Assembly (NCBI RefSeq): GCF_001194135.2
Contig: NC_068982.1
Location: forward strand, 37,334,466-37,398,465
DNA: 64,000 nt
Reading direction: 5' to 3'
From: Octopus bimaculoides
Taxonomy: Eukaryota
Part shown: positions 63,411 to 64,000 of the stretch, one piece after another
Layout: every line of letters starts with the position of its first letter
How positions within the stretch are numbered: position 1 is the stretch's first letter
Notes under the pieces: generated by a model
The model's input: only the letters and a program-made list of their open reading frames with translations
The model's database searches: none
Told to the model about the DNA's origin: nothing
Position numbers and translations under genes: made by a program

Positions 63411-64000
63411 TCAGCGCTTCCTATTTACTACATTATTTTGCTACTATAAATAATGAAATTAGAAACTGTTACTGCAAACCATTTCATATCACCATTTCTG
63501 TAGTGTCAGTCACTACTCTCTCTCTCCCCTGACACCTGTCTATCATTTCTTTCCCTCCTACCACTCATATTTACCATCAGTCACCTCTTCCCCTGTTCAC
63601 CATTCACTATATTCACCACCTTTATACATCTAGCCACTTCCAACTCTCTGCCCCACACACACACTCTTGCAAACTCACCCACCCCTGCTGATTCTACCCC
63701 CATGCTCTATTCTGTTCAACATCTAAGTCATATGTTCTAACACCTATGCACCACCACATTTACCTCTTTGTGGCACCACTTCAATCACACCCACTCATGC
63801 AAAATGTAAAAAGCTATGAATCTCCTCCTCAACAAACTTATCCCAACTCCTCCCATCTTACAACACCTTGTATAAAGTGACTGCTCTGTCTCCTCTCCTC
63901 CCTTTCAGACAAGGGAGCTCTTTAGTCTTGTAGCTACACTAATGCTGGTAGTGCAATAAAGGCCCCCAGCAAACTCTGTAAAGTATTTAGCATTAGGAAG

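Noticed and set aside
59874-64000. Exon 68 equivalent (LEPQSMVWLP, start of ZZ domain)
   Set aside because: Not visible; it lies beyond the window or conceivably in the 181-N gap.

Overview
AT-rich animal genomic DNA, probably Octopus (inferred from remembered SINE/RTE tail sequences and microsatellite density, not from a search). The window lies inside one large + strand gene, dystrophin. I traced 13 consecutive GT-AG exons (5267-59873). They join in frame into 1623 nt (541 aa), covering the last spectrin repeats (about R22-R24), hinge 4, the WW domain and the EF-hand region, equivalent to human DMD exons 56-67. Almost every ORF in the supplied track is spurious (microsatellite, N-run or transposon antisense frames). 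Only 26650..26835, 41971..42180 and 59718..59903 overlap real exons. The introns hold tRNA-derived SINEs, RTE and CR1/L2 LINE fragments, a DD37D (maT) Tc1/mariner remnant, several fold-back MITEs, many microsatellites and three assembly gaps. The most unusual items: (1) an R4/Dong-like retrotransposon inserted in a (TAA)n tract that runs straight into an exon acceptor; (2) a Penelope-type minimal hammerhead ribozyme motif in the sense strand of an intron; (3) three long intronic hairpins, one near-perfect and about 300 nt from the WW exon; (4) a 5 x 42-nt array built from the end of an RTE ORF; (5) intron-position differences from human DMD. I see no convincing new multi-gene system. The novelty candidates are at the RNA-structure, mobile-element and splicing level.
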